A stretch of 57,633 nt of DNA, the filler included, from Sphacelaria rigidula (Eukaryota): the NCBI GenBank assembly GCA_964200075.2. It is 7 parts of 7 records of this genome, joined end to end, with 100 filler letters (N's around TTAATTAATTAA, not from the genome) between each part and the next. Parts side by side here need not be neighbours in the genome. Positions count along the whole stretch, not along the records: positions 24,745 to 32,892 come from CAXNAA020012124.1; positions 32,993 to 41,140 come from CAXNAA020012125.1; 5 more parts are not named here. One strand, given 5' to 3'. Made by a program: the position numbers and the translations under genes. Below are positions 24,745-37,479 of this stretch, piece after piece. How positions within the stretch are numbered: the stretch's first letter is position 1; the number at the start of each line of letters is the position of its first letter. A model generated the notes under the pieces. The model was not told where the DNA came from. It searched no databases and worked only from the letters and a program-made list of their open reading frames with translations.

Positions 24745-24967
24745 GATCATGAGTACACCCCCCCCGCCCTCCCGTTCTACCGGTAGAGGTCATGCGAGGG
24801 TTGAAAAAACCCCCAGCACGTGTCAAAAATGCAAATGTGGTGACGAAGTGCTCGCGAAAAATGTCCTCCCCGGCCCGGAGACGGAAAATTTGAAACATGG
24901 AGTACTGTCGGAGGAAGTGCTACTTCGAAGTATACAACTCAACGAGTTGACTCATTCGTGCGTGCAG

Positions 24968-25009
24968 GGACTATATTTCCCGGCTCTTTTGCGTAAAAGT
25001 GGTGCCACG
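24968..25009 (+). CDS. Internal exon of an unidentified gene
   Basis: GTGCAG|...|GTAAAG; encodes DYISRLFCVKVVP(R) and ends in phase 2, compatible with the next exon. Confidence 0.45.
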
Positions 25010-25114
25010 GTAAAGTGTAATGAAGGAAAAGAACGTTTTGAGGCTCTCCACTTTAGGAGCCCCTCGATGAGAAACATCTGGGCTCTGGGCCCCAAGTGTG
25101 TACATGTCGGACAG

Positions 25115-25205
25115 TCATGAGCTGGAGAAAATGGCCAATGGAAGAGCACTCTTATCTGATCTTAGATCCGTTGTCCAAGAACACAATATACTTGACAGCG
25201 GCGGG
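25115..25205 (+). CDS. Internal exon of an unidentified gene
   Basis: GACAG|T CAT...GGG|GTAAT; encodes HELEKMANGRALLSDLRSVVQEHNILDSGG. Phase 2 start, phase 0 end. Confidence 0.5.
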
Positions 25206-26789
25206 GTAATAGAAGCCAATGCGCACCCTTGGCGCCACTTGCTCGGCGCGCTCGGCATGAAACGATGTACTGTAGGGAGCAAATATGGAAAAAGGGGGGG
25301 TGGGGGGGGGAGGGGGTGATTAAGGTAGCTCATGATCTGGATTAAGTACACTAATAGTAAGTAAATATACATTCAGGCAGCTCATGGGCTGTCCCGACGC
25401 GTGCAAGCGTGCAGCAACCTCGGAGACAACGGTTTGGCCTGAATAAAACGTGCGCACTCGTCCCGTGGCACTACAGCGCCTGTATGGACTACGCTTGCGT
25501 CCTTTCGCTATCCGTCTCAGAGGCACGCCGCGGGAGGGGGTGGCACGTGTAGGCCCAGTTGTTTCTCATTGAGGGGGCCCCTATAGTTAGGAAGGGCATA
25601 CACAGGGAAATGGGTCGGGACATTCCCCATGAACCCTTTGGGAACCCATGGAAGAGTTTTGTTTTTGTGAATCGGCATCATTTTGACTTGAAAATGACTG
25701 AAAATGATGCTGATTCACAAGAACAATACTCGTCAATGGTTTCCAAAAGGGTTCAAAGGAAAAACCCTCGAGGTATATAATATATTCCTAGCCCATTGAA
25801 ATGCTAATCCTGGCGTGCTTTCACGATTTTCTCACTCACATGTCGTTTGTTTTCCCTTTTTTTTATGAGATAAAAAGGGATCCCCAACAGTTCGAACCTC
25901 GGAAATGTGTTGTGCAACCCGGCTCTACCGTGAAGTGAATTCTGCGTTGACATAATGGCCTCCTCCTTTACAGGAGCTCATCATCCATGTATCGCACGAG
26001 GAACCCAAGGAAGGTTCCCGGGAAAATAAGAATTGCTCCAGAGCTTTTTGGTCTGCAAGAGGCAAAGCAAAAAACGTCGCAGATGTTATGTCTTGAAAGC
26101 GGACTTGAGTCCATCGTATGCTCGCGAGAGCTTTTGGCTTACTCAGAAACAGACAAACAGACACGCCCTTTTTCGGGGTAAATCACGCACCGCTTTTTTT
26201 CCGGGGTAATTAATGTACGCTATCGCGGGGTAATCGACGTACCGCTACAACGGGGTATAATCATTTTTACGTATCGCGAATGCGGGGATAATTGATATGT
26301 AGCTGTGAAGCGAACCGTGCAAACGATAGGGGGGGGGGGGGGGGAAAATGTTTCGCAAATATGGAATGATCGCCCGGTTGGCACTACTGCTTAGAGGTTA
26401 TGTACCGTTTGTCAGGGTGTTTCTGGCGAGGAATTCTTGTGTAAGATCTTAACTCGCTGACACGCATGATGGTCAAGTGAACGCACACTCTGTACAAATT
26501 GTGGTCAGTGGCTGCAATAGAAAACATTGTACTGCGCGAAGTATAAAGTCCATTGTAACTATTATCATCGTCTGTTCCGACGATAGTCGCAACAGACCTA
26601 TACTTTACGCAGTACATTTTTTTCCATTGCAGCCCTTGACAATATGCTGTTCAGAGTGTGAAACAATGGTACAGGGGGGGGTAGATGATGTTTGGGATAC
26701 AGTCATTTTCGTAAACCAAGAGAACTGACGGTGTGGTCTGAGAAATGCGACATGCGATCTGAGGTGGCGTAACCAACGGGTACTCGCAG

Positions 26790-26873
26790 GTTTCGGAAGG
26801 CGACCGGGCGATGTGCGTCAAGTACAAGAAATACTATGACCATATCAAGGAGACCTTTGGATCGGAAGCGACG
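26790..26873 (+). CDS. Internal exon of an unidentified gene
   Basis: CTCGCAG|VSEGDRAMCVKYKKYYDHIKETFGSEAT|GTGAGC. Strong splice sites, coding-like codons, phase 0/0. Confidence 0.6.
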
Positions 26874-27789
26874 GTGAGCGAGGCCTGTCGCTTTTTTTTG
26901 CTGCTACTGCTACTGTTGCTGCTGCTGCTCCTACTGGTGGTGTCACTCACTCCCCCCCCCCCCCCCCCCCCCCCCCCCGAAGGAAGGGAAAAGAAAGCCC
27001 AAAAAACAAACAAAAACATAGCCACAATTCCTCGAAAAAAAAAAAAAATNNNNNNNNNNCGGCCTGTCGCTTTTTTTTTCTGCTCCTGCTACTGTTGCTG
27101 CTGCTGCTCCCACTGGGGGTGTCACTCACCCCCCCCCCCCCCCCCACACACACACGTGAGAGACTGAAAACGTAGTCCGAAATCATCAGTGATTCGAGTA
27201 CCATCTATTCGAGTAGAAACCATGTATTCTCAGTTCCACCAGTTTCTCGGGGTTGGGGTCCCCGGACATTCCCAGCGACGGGGCACCCCCAGAGTGAAAT
27301 ATATGAAACTGATTGATTGAAAAACCACCCACAACCAGGTGGTGTTGACCTTCATTACCTTCATTTAGGAAAACGCGTGCGCGATAATCCGGTTTCCTCT
27401 TTCCGAAAAATGTTCCGAAAAACGGAGCAAAGACACAATTTAGCTAATAATGATAGGAATAGTGATTATAATGTGGGGGTTAACAATGGCACGGGAGGAA
27501 AGAACCCGAAGACGCCGGTGGAAACGACGGAAGTACGAAGGATGCACCCGGACCCTGGAGATCTCAGGCTTTACTCACGAAGATCCGTTGTTGGAAGATA
27601 AAGTTGTCCCGAGACTGTTAGCAGCGCGAACTGCCTGGGAAGTGGAGCGAACGAGTGAATGTTCCGAGGATTTAGGGCATATGGTGGAATAACGGCGAGG
27701 ATATCGAGTTCAATGGGCTACTATCTATTGTATATCCTCTGATTTCCTTTCTATTTCCCCCCTCTCCTATTCTGCTCTGTCTCGGAAGA

Positions 27790-28445
27790 TATGCGTGGTC
27801 AATGGTCAAATGACTAAGGTAAGCGACAAATGAGTACGCCCCACCCCGTCCGTCCCGAAAGGGATGCGTGGTCAATGGTCGAACGAGCAAGACAAACAAC
27901 AAATGAGTGCTCCCCTCCCCTCCCGCGGACCCCCGATGGGGTCGGCGTCGGTTGGCGATGACGCTATAGAACACGTCACCCACTGCGTAAGCTAGGCAAC
28001 CTGGTTACCGATTTGGTTTTTGTGCGCTTGCGTTTTTTTTGCGGAAACTATGATGGTAATCGGGCCAGATCATGTTGTGCGGTGTGGGAGAACCTCAATC
28101 CGCACAATGGGGATAATCTTACTACGAAGTGTTCAAAAGGTGAGACACCCATGAGGCAGTGTATAAGCCGGGGCTGTCTCTGGAAGTGGCGATATCAGAA
28201 AATAAAGCAACTCATTGTAGGCTGTCATCCCAATGCAAGGTAATCAGTAGGCTTCGTGCCGAACGATCTCAGCAGAATACAGCTCACCCTTAATGCGACT
28301 CGCCGAACACGCTACGGCGCTTCGCGCTTGGTGATTGAGTGCGCGCCTGGTCCAGGCAAAAATCCGGCGTGCTCCGTCCCGGCTTTGTAGACGAGGCCAA
28401 TGGTCTTATGACTATGGCAGTCATCATCATGAGTACCCCCCTCCT
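27790..28445 (-). mobile_element. Unclassified modular dispersed repeat (copy 2)
   Basis: Reverse-complement homology with 4975-5600. Structure: module A (GGGGGTACTCATGAT..GACCATTG..CTACAAAGCCGGGACGGAGCAC), core, module B, partial module B. Confidence 0.8.
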
Positions 28446-28564
28446 CCCGGATACGATATGTGAAATGTTTTTGTATAATGCATGGAAGGAACGTAATGTG
28501 CATCGAAATGTTGAAGGTGTCTCTTTGAGGAGTAGGAACGGTGCTCCGTCTCGAAATGGGTGAG

Positions 28565-28843
28565 GGAGATGGATGCCCCGGCAGTTGCCACACTCCATCG
28601 TATCCCCCTTCTCGAACAGCACCTTGATGGTAGCGTCCTTCCACTACTGTGGCACCACTCCCATCTACCACATTGTGGCGATAATATGGTGGAATCGATA
28701 GAGGAGGCATTGGTCTCCATCGAGGAGTAGTTCGATGAGCTCCACCGGGAGCTCGTCCGGCCCTGCTGCTTTCCTGATGGCCATTTCCCGTGTTGAATTC
28801 TCAACCTCAAACCGGGACGGTGCATCGTCGAGAGGCACGCCCG
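28565..28843 (-). mobile_element. RTE-type LINE, inverted 5' segment
   Basis: GVPLDDAPSRFEVENSTREMAIRKAAGPDELPVELIELL...[28 protein letters not shown], the region immediately before the RT domain. Confidence 0.8.
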
Positions 28844-31103
28844 TTTGTGATCCGGTAACTCCACGAGCTGGCGGGGAGGAAAATCACCCAGCTCTACGCG
28901 TGCTTCATCGATCTCACCGAGATTTTTCGAATCCGTCGACCGAGAGCTGCTGTGGACCGTGATCAGGCGATTCGGCGTCCCCCCCCCCCCCCCCCAAGAT
29001 GTTGGCGATCATCCGTCAGTTCCACGACGGCATCACGACGGGTGTGCGGATGGAAGGTGGGAAGTGCTCCGACTGGCTCGATGTGGGTCAGGGAGCCCCA
29101 TAGGGGTGCAGCCTGGCACCGCTGCGGCTCATTCTTCTCTTCGCCGTAATGCTCATGGTGTCAGTAGACGAGTTCACCAAAACGACCAAGTGGCGGTGGA
29201 TATAATGGATATCAAGAGAATGCCGAAGAAAAAGGGAGAGGTCACGATGGCGGAGGCCGCGGAGCCGTTGTGTGGGGCATGCTGCATGCTTACGCCGACG
29301 TCGCGAGCATCGTTCCGCGTTCGCTGGAGAGCCTCGAGAAGATGATGTCGATAATCGTAATCGTGCGCGTTTCGGATCTGTTTGCACTGACGATATCGGA
29401 ACCGAAAGCGAAGTTCATGTGCCTGCTGAAGATAGGGGTGGGGGAGTAGTCATTCAGGGTCGACGCCCGCGACCAGGCACACGAGAAAATTAGCAAGTTT
29501 GTATATCTCGGGGGGAATATTTCCGAGGACGGGAAGGCGGGAAGAGGGTCGGCAAATCGCCTGGACCGAGCATGGGGATGCTCCAATCGGAATGGCCAAT
29601 CGGCATACGACCGTCGGGAGCTCCCCCGCGGGCTCAAAGTGCGACTGCTCCGAGCTGAAGTGGTTAAGACCCTTCTGTACGAGTGCGCGATGTGGACCGT
29701 GTTGAGCAAGTGACGCGAAAACCTCAACTGTGTTGTTGTGTGTTGTCGTCCCACGTATTCTGGGCGCCGGTCTACACCTTTCGGTATATGTGGGCGCACC
29801 AGCCGGGGTCACACAGGAGGAAGGCCAACACCGGAGTTTTTGCTTTGTTTTGTTTGTTTGTTTTCAGTACCCCACCTTCCTTCTGCGGTGCTTGCCTTCA
29901 TTTTTTTATCGCGAGAGGAGTTCAGTAGTCCTTTTTCCCCTCGTCGATCGTCAAGTCGAATTTTGTCCACCGCTCTTTCCTCACGCGCTGCATCGGATGG
30001 AACCAGAGGACGTCCACGGACTGCCCTGTCTTCTACGCTGAGACCTTACTCAAGGCCGACCGCACCGCGACCCTCAAGGCCACCGTGATCAGGCGGAGAC
30101 TTGGCTTCGCGAGATTTGTCATGTGCATGAGAGACGACCGAGTCACGGAGCGCATCATGCTGAGAACGTTCGAGACACACGGGTACGGAGGGGGGCAAGA
30201 GCTGGACTGGATACGATCGATGCCTTGAGCAGAACCGCAAAAGTTCTTCAATAGTGGAAGAAGAGAAGGAGGAGAAGGAGAGGTGGGAAACGAGCGCCGA
30301 GGAACCGGAAGAACGGTACGGCAAGGTGGAAAAGGGGATGAAATGGTCCATGGCGAGATGACACCGACAAGAAACAGGAAGTTTGGGCAAAACGCCGTTC
30401 GGAGAGAGCGGAAAATGACAAAAACGGACGAACGAGGGAGAGCGAGGGTGCGGACGAGTCGAAAAACGAAACGAACCGGTAAATAGGACGAGGGGAGAAA
30501 GAAGATGAAACAGGAAAGCGGAGGGGAGCCCCCCCGGCACCATGGCCAGAAGAGAAAAGAAGATGGGGGGAAACAGAGCGTTTGGCGAGATTGGTGACCG
30601 ACTGGCTACACCGCTCTCCTTTCCTTTGGTTTGTCCTTCTCCTCTCCACCTTGGTCATCATTTATTTTGTCCTTGGTTTGGTTTGTTTCAGTTTTTTTGT
30701 TCGTCCTATTTCCCTTTTTGTGGACTCATTTTCGTCTTTCCTTCGGTCCTTTCATCCTGACACTCGTCGCGTCGCCAAACCTCGCCTTACCTTGCCTTGC
30801 CCTCTCCTGACTTGTTCGGTATGTCGGAGTGTGTAGTTCCCCTGTTTTGACCTTTTTTGGTCTTCTATGGTCCACGAACCGTGTAGCCGACGATCTTTCC
30901 CTTATTATTGTTTGTTATTTTTCGAGCCGTACGTGTGTGGAGAACCCCACCCTCAAGGGCGCCGTGTTTTCCTGATCGTGGGCGTATCATTCATTTTCCC
31001 TCATATTGTATTCTGTCTCCTTGTGCCATGGCTTCGTGACAACGAACGGGTACTAGTTTTATGGGAAAAGGGCTAATGTGAGACACAATAATAACAACAA
31101 CAG
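28844..31103 (+). mobile_element. RTE-type LINE, degenerate RT to 3' tail
   Basis: FVIR*LHELAGRKITQLYACFIDLT..SVDRELLWTVIRRFGVPP..IIRQFHDG..GCSLAPL..(Y)AD..KFVYLGGNIS..RRRLGFARFV. Ends in an AATAATAACAACAACA tail at ~31087-31102. Confidence 0.8.
29735..29966 (-). mobile_element. Short retroposon (SINE or LINE 3' end with CAA-type tail) nested in the LINE
   Basis: Begins TGTTGTGTGTTGT (reverse tail). Removing it rejoins the LINE frame LNC|VHRSFLTRCIGW. Confidence 0.6.
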
Positions 31104-32775
31104 TACCAGGGGAGATATGGGTTGATATCTCGAGACCACGGACTCATCCCACGTAAGGGAAGGGAGGTTTAGAGTTTGACAAATAAGATGCAATGAGGGT
31201 TGAGGGTAGGATGTGGTTAAGGTGCGTATGGTACTGTCTTATGGTTTGTTTGGGTCCCGAGTTTTTGATTCGTTAAAGAGTGGGATTCAAAATGGAGTGA
31301 AAAAAAGAAGAAAGAGTGAACAACGATAGACTTCCGCGGTTAAAGAAAATCGAAAATGCCACAAAGCATATCTGCGTGGTGTTGTAGATGGGGTCCTCTG
31401 GGAAAACAAAAGCTGGAAAATGACCACACGAGATGCTTGCGCTATGTTGTGAATTCGTGCGAAAAAGGAAATGTGGTGGCTTCGCAAAAAGCCAAGGAAC
31501 GACGGCGTAGTAAGAGGACGGAAGCGTTATCCCTGTCTGCCAATCGACCATGAAGCCAGGATGCCCTCGCGCTTTTCCTAGGAGGGGTCTCATATTTTGC
31601 GACAGTGGAGGCGTGTGGCTTAGGGAGGGTTGCTTCGTCATGAAAAACAAATATAATGAAATATAATATAATGCCGCAAACGACGCTAACCCGAACAAGG
31701 TCTTTGATGTCTCGTGCGTCTCGAAGACGAATAATTTCATGATGATGATGATGACGATGATGATGATGCAGCGAACCTCCCTTGAAGCTTCTCGACAGAA
31801 AGATCGCAACCTGTTGACGTGTACAGGAGCACGATGAACTGCTTGCTATAAAAATATAAGCAAGAGCTGTATGGCTACAGCTACGCGGGAGGAAACTCGA
31901 CGATTAGGTGTGGCACAAGCGGTCGGCGTATGCTAAACTAAAGGGCACGACAAATATGAGAAAACACGATCCGCACTTACCATCCGCGGAAAGCTTTTAA
32001 GGGTCGGACAAATAACGATTCGTCTGGGAAATACTTGTTTTTAGTATGATGATTCGAATCGTGACGAATCAATCNNNNNNNNNNGCAACTCAGGTACACG
32101 CAGCCCAGACACGTGGAATGGCGCAAAAGTTGCGTGGATACCCCTTGGACCAGCGATCAGGGGCAATCAGGCCGAAGAATTCGTGAATTTGGTGATTTTG
32201 ACTCGCGATGATTTGTCCTAAGCGTGAAAGCTTTCAGGCCCTCCCCGCGGTACGTCCTGACCGCCCCCGACCACCCTTCGATGTCGCCTGATCGATATCA
32301 GCGACTGTCACCACACGAGATGAATGCACTGGGGTATGGCCCCGGATACCCCGTCGACAATGAACTCGCAGATGTCCTTCGCGTGGAAGCCGTCCTCGGC
32401 AACGAACACGCTCGCTCCCTTAGGCACGTCAATTTATCTCAAATGCTGCGATGAAAATGAAAGGGATGCATTGAGTGTGATGCGCGCGGGGGGGGGTGCG
32501 GGCAGAGACGGTGGTATATATGCCTTGAAATCACGGACTCGTCATAAGGAAGATGAGGATGGGTGTCGAAAGTGTGACTTTTCGAAAGGCAAAAAATAAA
32601 TAAAAATAAAAGTAGCACGAAGTGTCTCCGTCTTCTACAGTGCGGCACTGTGTGTACTTCTTTTTGCGCAACTGTACGTAACATGCACGAGGTTCACGAG
32701 TTCATCACACGTGCGAAATTATGGTGAAATAAGGAGTCAAGGGTAAACATCCGTCCCGAACGATTGCGATACCAC

Positions 32776-32847
<72 letters not shown>
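32776..32847. repeat. (TTG)n microsatellite, ~23-24 units; probable (CAA)n retroposon tail on the minus strand
   Basis: Directly visible. Confidence 0.9.
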
Positions 32848-32849
<2 letters not shown>

Positions 32850-32892
32850 TCTTCTCATGAAAAACCGTTAGGATCTGTGCGTGGGAGGTTTG

Positions 32893-32992
32893 NNNNNNNN
32901 NNNNNNNNNNNNNNNNNNNNNNNNNNNNNNNNNNNNTTAATTAATTAANNNNNNNNNNNNNNNNNNNNNNNNNNNNNNNNNNNNNNNNNNNN
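32893..32992. other. Artificial contig spacer
   Basis: N44-TTAATTAATTAA-N44. Confidence 0.97.
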
Positions 32993-33017
32993 GCGGAGAT
33001 TTGCGGACCATGAACAG

Positions 33018-33057
<40 letters not shown>

Positions 33058-33284
33058 GCTAAGTGGTGTTCGTTTGAAAAGCGATTGTGCGAAATTCGGG
33101 AATATGCATTGAGTAGTGTGTCGTGCGCACATTTGTTGTTGTTACAGTGAACTGGGGTGCATTTAGTCTCCAACCTGCTTGCAAGTTGCTGCTCGCAGAG
33201 AGGGTGCACCCGGTGCAATCGGTTCCCTGGTCAATTATACTTTAGTCAGATGTCATCATCCAGGAAACCATGACGTGTGCGTAG

Positions 33285-33413
33285 GCATCGGAGGAACGGG
33301 AGGGACAGCTCGCGGCGAAGGACGCTCGATACGAAGACCTCCACCAGAAGCATGAGACCATGAAGCGCGACAATGTCGAGGACTTAGACAAGAAAGACAG
33401 GCACCATGTACAG
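33285..33413 (+). CDS. CFAP57: Cilia- and flagella-associated protein 57 (WDR65), internal coiled-coil exon
   Basis: GCGTAG|ASEEREGQLAAKDARYEDLHQKHETMKRDNVEDLDKKDRHHVQ|GTAAG; phase 0/0, joins the next exon. Confidence 0.75.
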
Positions 33414-35077
33414 GTAAGGCGTTCAAGGGGGGCTCACTCGAGTCTTGAAAGACGCATGAGTCATGCCACGGTGGGAGTGCACGGAGTATGTTTCAGCTGT
33501 GTTACGAGCCCTTTATCTCGTTCCACAAACGACTTTCAAAATATGTGAGAGCGCGTCACGATTAGCATTCCACCGATGGGCTAGAGATATCTCAACTAAA
33601 TTCGAGGTACAAAAAAGTCTGGTGTAGCTTCTAACATTAGGAGCCCCGCGATGAACAAGATATGGGACCAAATCTGCAACCCCTACCGTGGCGTGATTCA
33701 TATCGTCTTGATGTTGGTATCAATCTCTTTAGGAACCGACTTCCTGTAATAAACAGTGTGAGAAATCGGCGTAGGCAGTAATATCAGGACACGAAGTAGT
33801 TGAGAAGTAGTTCATCCGTGGAATTAAGACCCAACGATGGGGATAGTAGATTTTCAGAGGAAGCTTACATCTGTACAAAATATTCTTAATCGGCCCGAAT
33901 CGGGCGACCGTAGTCCTCCAAAGCGCACGGACGCAAAAGCCTACATATACATTTGTTCGTTTTCTCGTGGGCTCGTTATATCATCAAACAGGACCATAGC
34001 GACCAACCTTCGAGCAAGATAGAGTTTTGTTGTCAAAACGCTCTACTAGTCCTTGAAGGATCGAGGTAATACAACGTACGTATTTTTGAAGATCTTACCA
34101 CGTCAATCTTCAAGTACCTCCACTAGTTTTAATGGGACATGTTTCATCGATTGCAAGAGAATCGATGCATTACTGTCCAAGTCGATTTGATTGATTGATT
34201 GTCGCACTTTAACTGACCACCCATGGGTCCAGCCGTGGTCGCATGATGGTAAATATATCGGTGCAAGGCACGGTAAATGAAACGCAGCCACGCAAACACA
34301 CACACATATATTTGTGTGTGTGTATGCCGTGGACGACAAACACCCAATGTGGTGCGTGGTACGTACACACACATGCACACGCACGCTTTCTCGGATCGTT
34401 CGGGTAGGGTTACCGTAGTGCGTCATCATTCAGAATTAAAGCGGAAGGCCAACATCCAACTGAAGATCACGACGTCCTCAACTAGTACCAGTACGGAGCG
34501 GTAGTTCAGCACACCCTCACGAATAAAAATTTGAGAAGATCTTAACGATCGATTGAAACAATAGTGCTCAGCACTTGCGTTTTTGAAGTACTGCGCCCCA
34601 TTAGAGGTGGTGTTTTTGTACACAATGTGCCGTCAGTGTTTTCCAAATACATTGCGGATATAGTATCCCATCGCATTTTCGTAGGTGAAATCATGTATTG
34701 GGACTGATGACTGGTGAGTACTGTCAGACCCGTTGCGCGAAATGGTTTGAAATGAACTCTTTTTTCACATGCTGTAGCATGCGATGGGCCGCGTACTATT
34801 CTACTCGACGAAGCCTTCGAATGAAGCCCCCCATCTCTGTTCCAAGAAGTAACACTTTTTGTTTTCTCATGACGGCCTCATGCGCACCCCGAAGCACTAC
34901 CGTTGAGAAGCATTGACGAAGATGCTTTTGCTTTCAACAGCTCGAGTAGTTTGCCACTGCGTTTTGTTCATTTGGCCGGCAAGCTCCCACAGGGTTATCT
35001 TTGAACCGCTCACAACTGTCGCGTGGCCATGAACGAATGCTTGAATTGGCCAGAAAAAAAAGAAGTGCATATTTGGT

Positions 35078-35188
35078 ATGACCATCATCGAAACGGGCAA
35101 CACTTTTACAAGGCCATCATTGAAACGGGCAACACTTTCACATGACCATCATTGAAAAGGGTAACACTTTCACATGACCATCCTTGAA
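35078..35188 (+). repeat. 32-bp tandem repeat, ~3.4 copies
   Basis: CCATCATTGAAACGGGCAACACTTTCACATGA units start at 35082, 35114, 35146 and 35178. Confidence 0.85.
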
Positions 35189-36594
35189 CCAGTCAGTGGC
35201 ATCACATGACCCCATCTATCTTCGAAACAGGCAACACAAGGTGAAAGCATACTCGACGAAAACTTTGAACGGGTTCGAAAGCGTCAACACCTTAAGCAAG
35301 ACACGGGTAAAATGCCAGGAAAACGGTGAAGAACTGGTTGGGTACGGTGAAATTTCGAATAAAATTATCCACACAAGCGGTGCAAACTGATAATACTTGT
35401 TCCGACAAATACCCCTGGATAAAGGCAGGATACATCCGGCGTTTTTGATTACGTGCACTCGCGCCGATCGAACGACGTGGTTGAACACCAACCATCGCTT
35501 GGGGAAAGTCCAAGTAATTTGCACGGTGCTTGTTTCGAAAAGCTAAATATGCTCTGTGTGGTGCCCTTAACTCATGAATTTATGTTTCTCAGGTCGGTAA
35601 TATAGATACTTTGCTTCAACGCCCGTGGTATGCACGCCACAATAATGGTCACATTTTGGGAAGTGTGCCGCTTGAGGACATTGAATCGAGAGAAGGATTG
35701 TTGTCGCGACATGCGAGAGAGTTTTCCAAAAAAACGACTCTCACGCCCACCTGTCGGTCTTTCAAACCTCTGACGTGACCCGATGAGAACGAAAGCTTCT
35801 ATGGTACAAGAACACGAAATGCGCTTGATCGATTCCACTGAATAAGGGATAACATGCTACTTTTTGACTTCGTCACGCTTTGGATCCTTCCCCTCCCTTG
35901 GAACGAGTCCCTAGCCTCAAGGGATCAACCCATCTCTCCCAGGCACAGGCCGTGCGTTATGGTTTCGCGGATTGGGTCAGCCCCCACTCCCGCACCGCTT
36001 CAGCCCTCGTCGTCAAGCAAAATCAGTCAACTACTTTTGGTTCACTTGCGTACAGACACTTTCGACCGGTGGAATCCATATACTTCGAAGACAACAAACC
36101 CGTCGCATCGGAAACCGAACCCGCCTCCTCTCCATCCGAATGGTTACCATTGGACCATTAGACCACCGGTCAGCGGCGACTATTGCCCACCTTTCGAAAC
36201 CAGAGACAAGTCTTGAAGTGCCATTTTCCTGAACCAGGCGGCAATAGTCCAAAATCTTACATGCAAATCGTTGAATCGCTCACGTGTCTACCTTTGAACC
36301 GGAGTGTAAATGTGAGAATCGTGCATGAACCTATTTTTAGCCGGTTCAGGAACATACATGAGGTGCGTGACGAGGACACGTGTAACGCTGAATGTGTAGG
36401 AAAACCTTGGTGAATCTCCTTCGCAGTATATCATTTGCGTGACAAACTCCATGATACGGGTACAGCATACACAACACACACGACACACGTATTTAAAAAC
36501 ACAAGATGTCAAATTAGGTCCAAGTATTATGCCCGTTCATCCAATCCTGTATCTACCTCTTCCTCCCCCGTACATATACTCCTGTTGGGTGCAG

Positions 36595-36756
36595 GTTACT
36601 CAAGAGCTAGAGAATCAGTACGAACACCGCCTGGCAGTGGAGCTCGACCGCTACGACCGCCTGAGTGAGGAAGTCGAAGCAGTGCAGCAACGCTGCGAAG
36701 GCCTGCTGGAAGCTCAGCAGCAAGAGCACGAGTGGGAGCTAAGGGCCAGGGAGCAG
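36595..36756 (+). CDS. CFAP57: CFAP57 internal exon
   Basis: GTGCAG|VTQELENQYEHRLAVELDRYDRLSEEVEAVQQRCEGLLEAQQQEHEWELRAREQ|GTGCG; matches the CFAP57 ELE..Y..KL..E..RY..L pattern. Confidence 0.82.
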
Positions 36757-37479
36757 GTGCGGGGGCGCCATGTATCGCGGTAGGCTGTCACTCAAGCGAC
36801 ACAGATTTACCCACATAGGCTTTGGCGCTGTTGACCAAATACCATCTGTACTGTTTAGAGCAACAGAGAAGAAGTAGGGAGACGACACGCTCGAGAAGAA
36901 CACTAGTGCTCTATACTTTGTGTCGTTTTCACGTGGTTCCGCTCCGTGATACGATCGAACAGCACGGGCCATCATAGCTACGTAAGAGCTCTCCTTTTTA
37001 CGCTTTATGCATCTGTGTCCGCTCGTGACATGTATTTCATTTGGAGTTCGGGATGTTTGTTTTGATTGATTGATTGATTGATTATCGCACATTAACTAAC
37101 GTCCCAGGGACCCAGTCGGAGTCATCGTCCACAATATTGACGTACCGAGGGGGAACAAAATGGAAGCGCCCACTAAACCAAAGTAGGGTGGGAGAAAAAA
37201 AAAAAAAACATGTTGGAAGTGGAAAGGAAAGGAACCGAGAAAAGCTATTATAGGAAGTGTGTGGGAAATAAACCAAAGAAATGGGCTTGGAAATGGCCGG
37301 CCGCCGCAGCATGGCTTCAGATGAAGAAAAAGCACATGCACCCATACGCAAAACACGCCCGAAGATCGTAGCAGCAGATTCTGTCTCAGCTGTTTCGAAC
37401 ATACTGTCCAGCTACGAGCTCTCACCCATGAGCGATACGGAAGCAAGGCATCATACTGCTACCGTATAACACCAAGAAG

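Noticed and set aside
26882..27150. Tandem duplication of a GGCCTGTCGCT..(CTG)n..poly-C block
   Set aside because: The two copies flank a 10-N gap and homopolymer runs. Most likely an unmerged overlap or low-quality read ends.
13522..35188. CRISPR-like arrays (99-bp and 32-bp repeats)
   Set aside because: Units are contiguous tandem copies with no unique spacers, there are no cas genes, and the context is eukaryotic.
34600..35550. MULE transposase relic in a CFAP57 intron
   Set aside because: Vague resemblance across several frames with no clear catalytic motif or TIRs.
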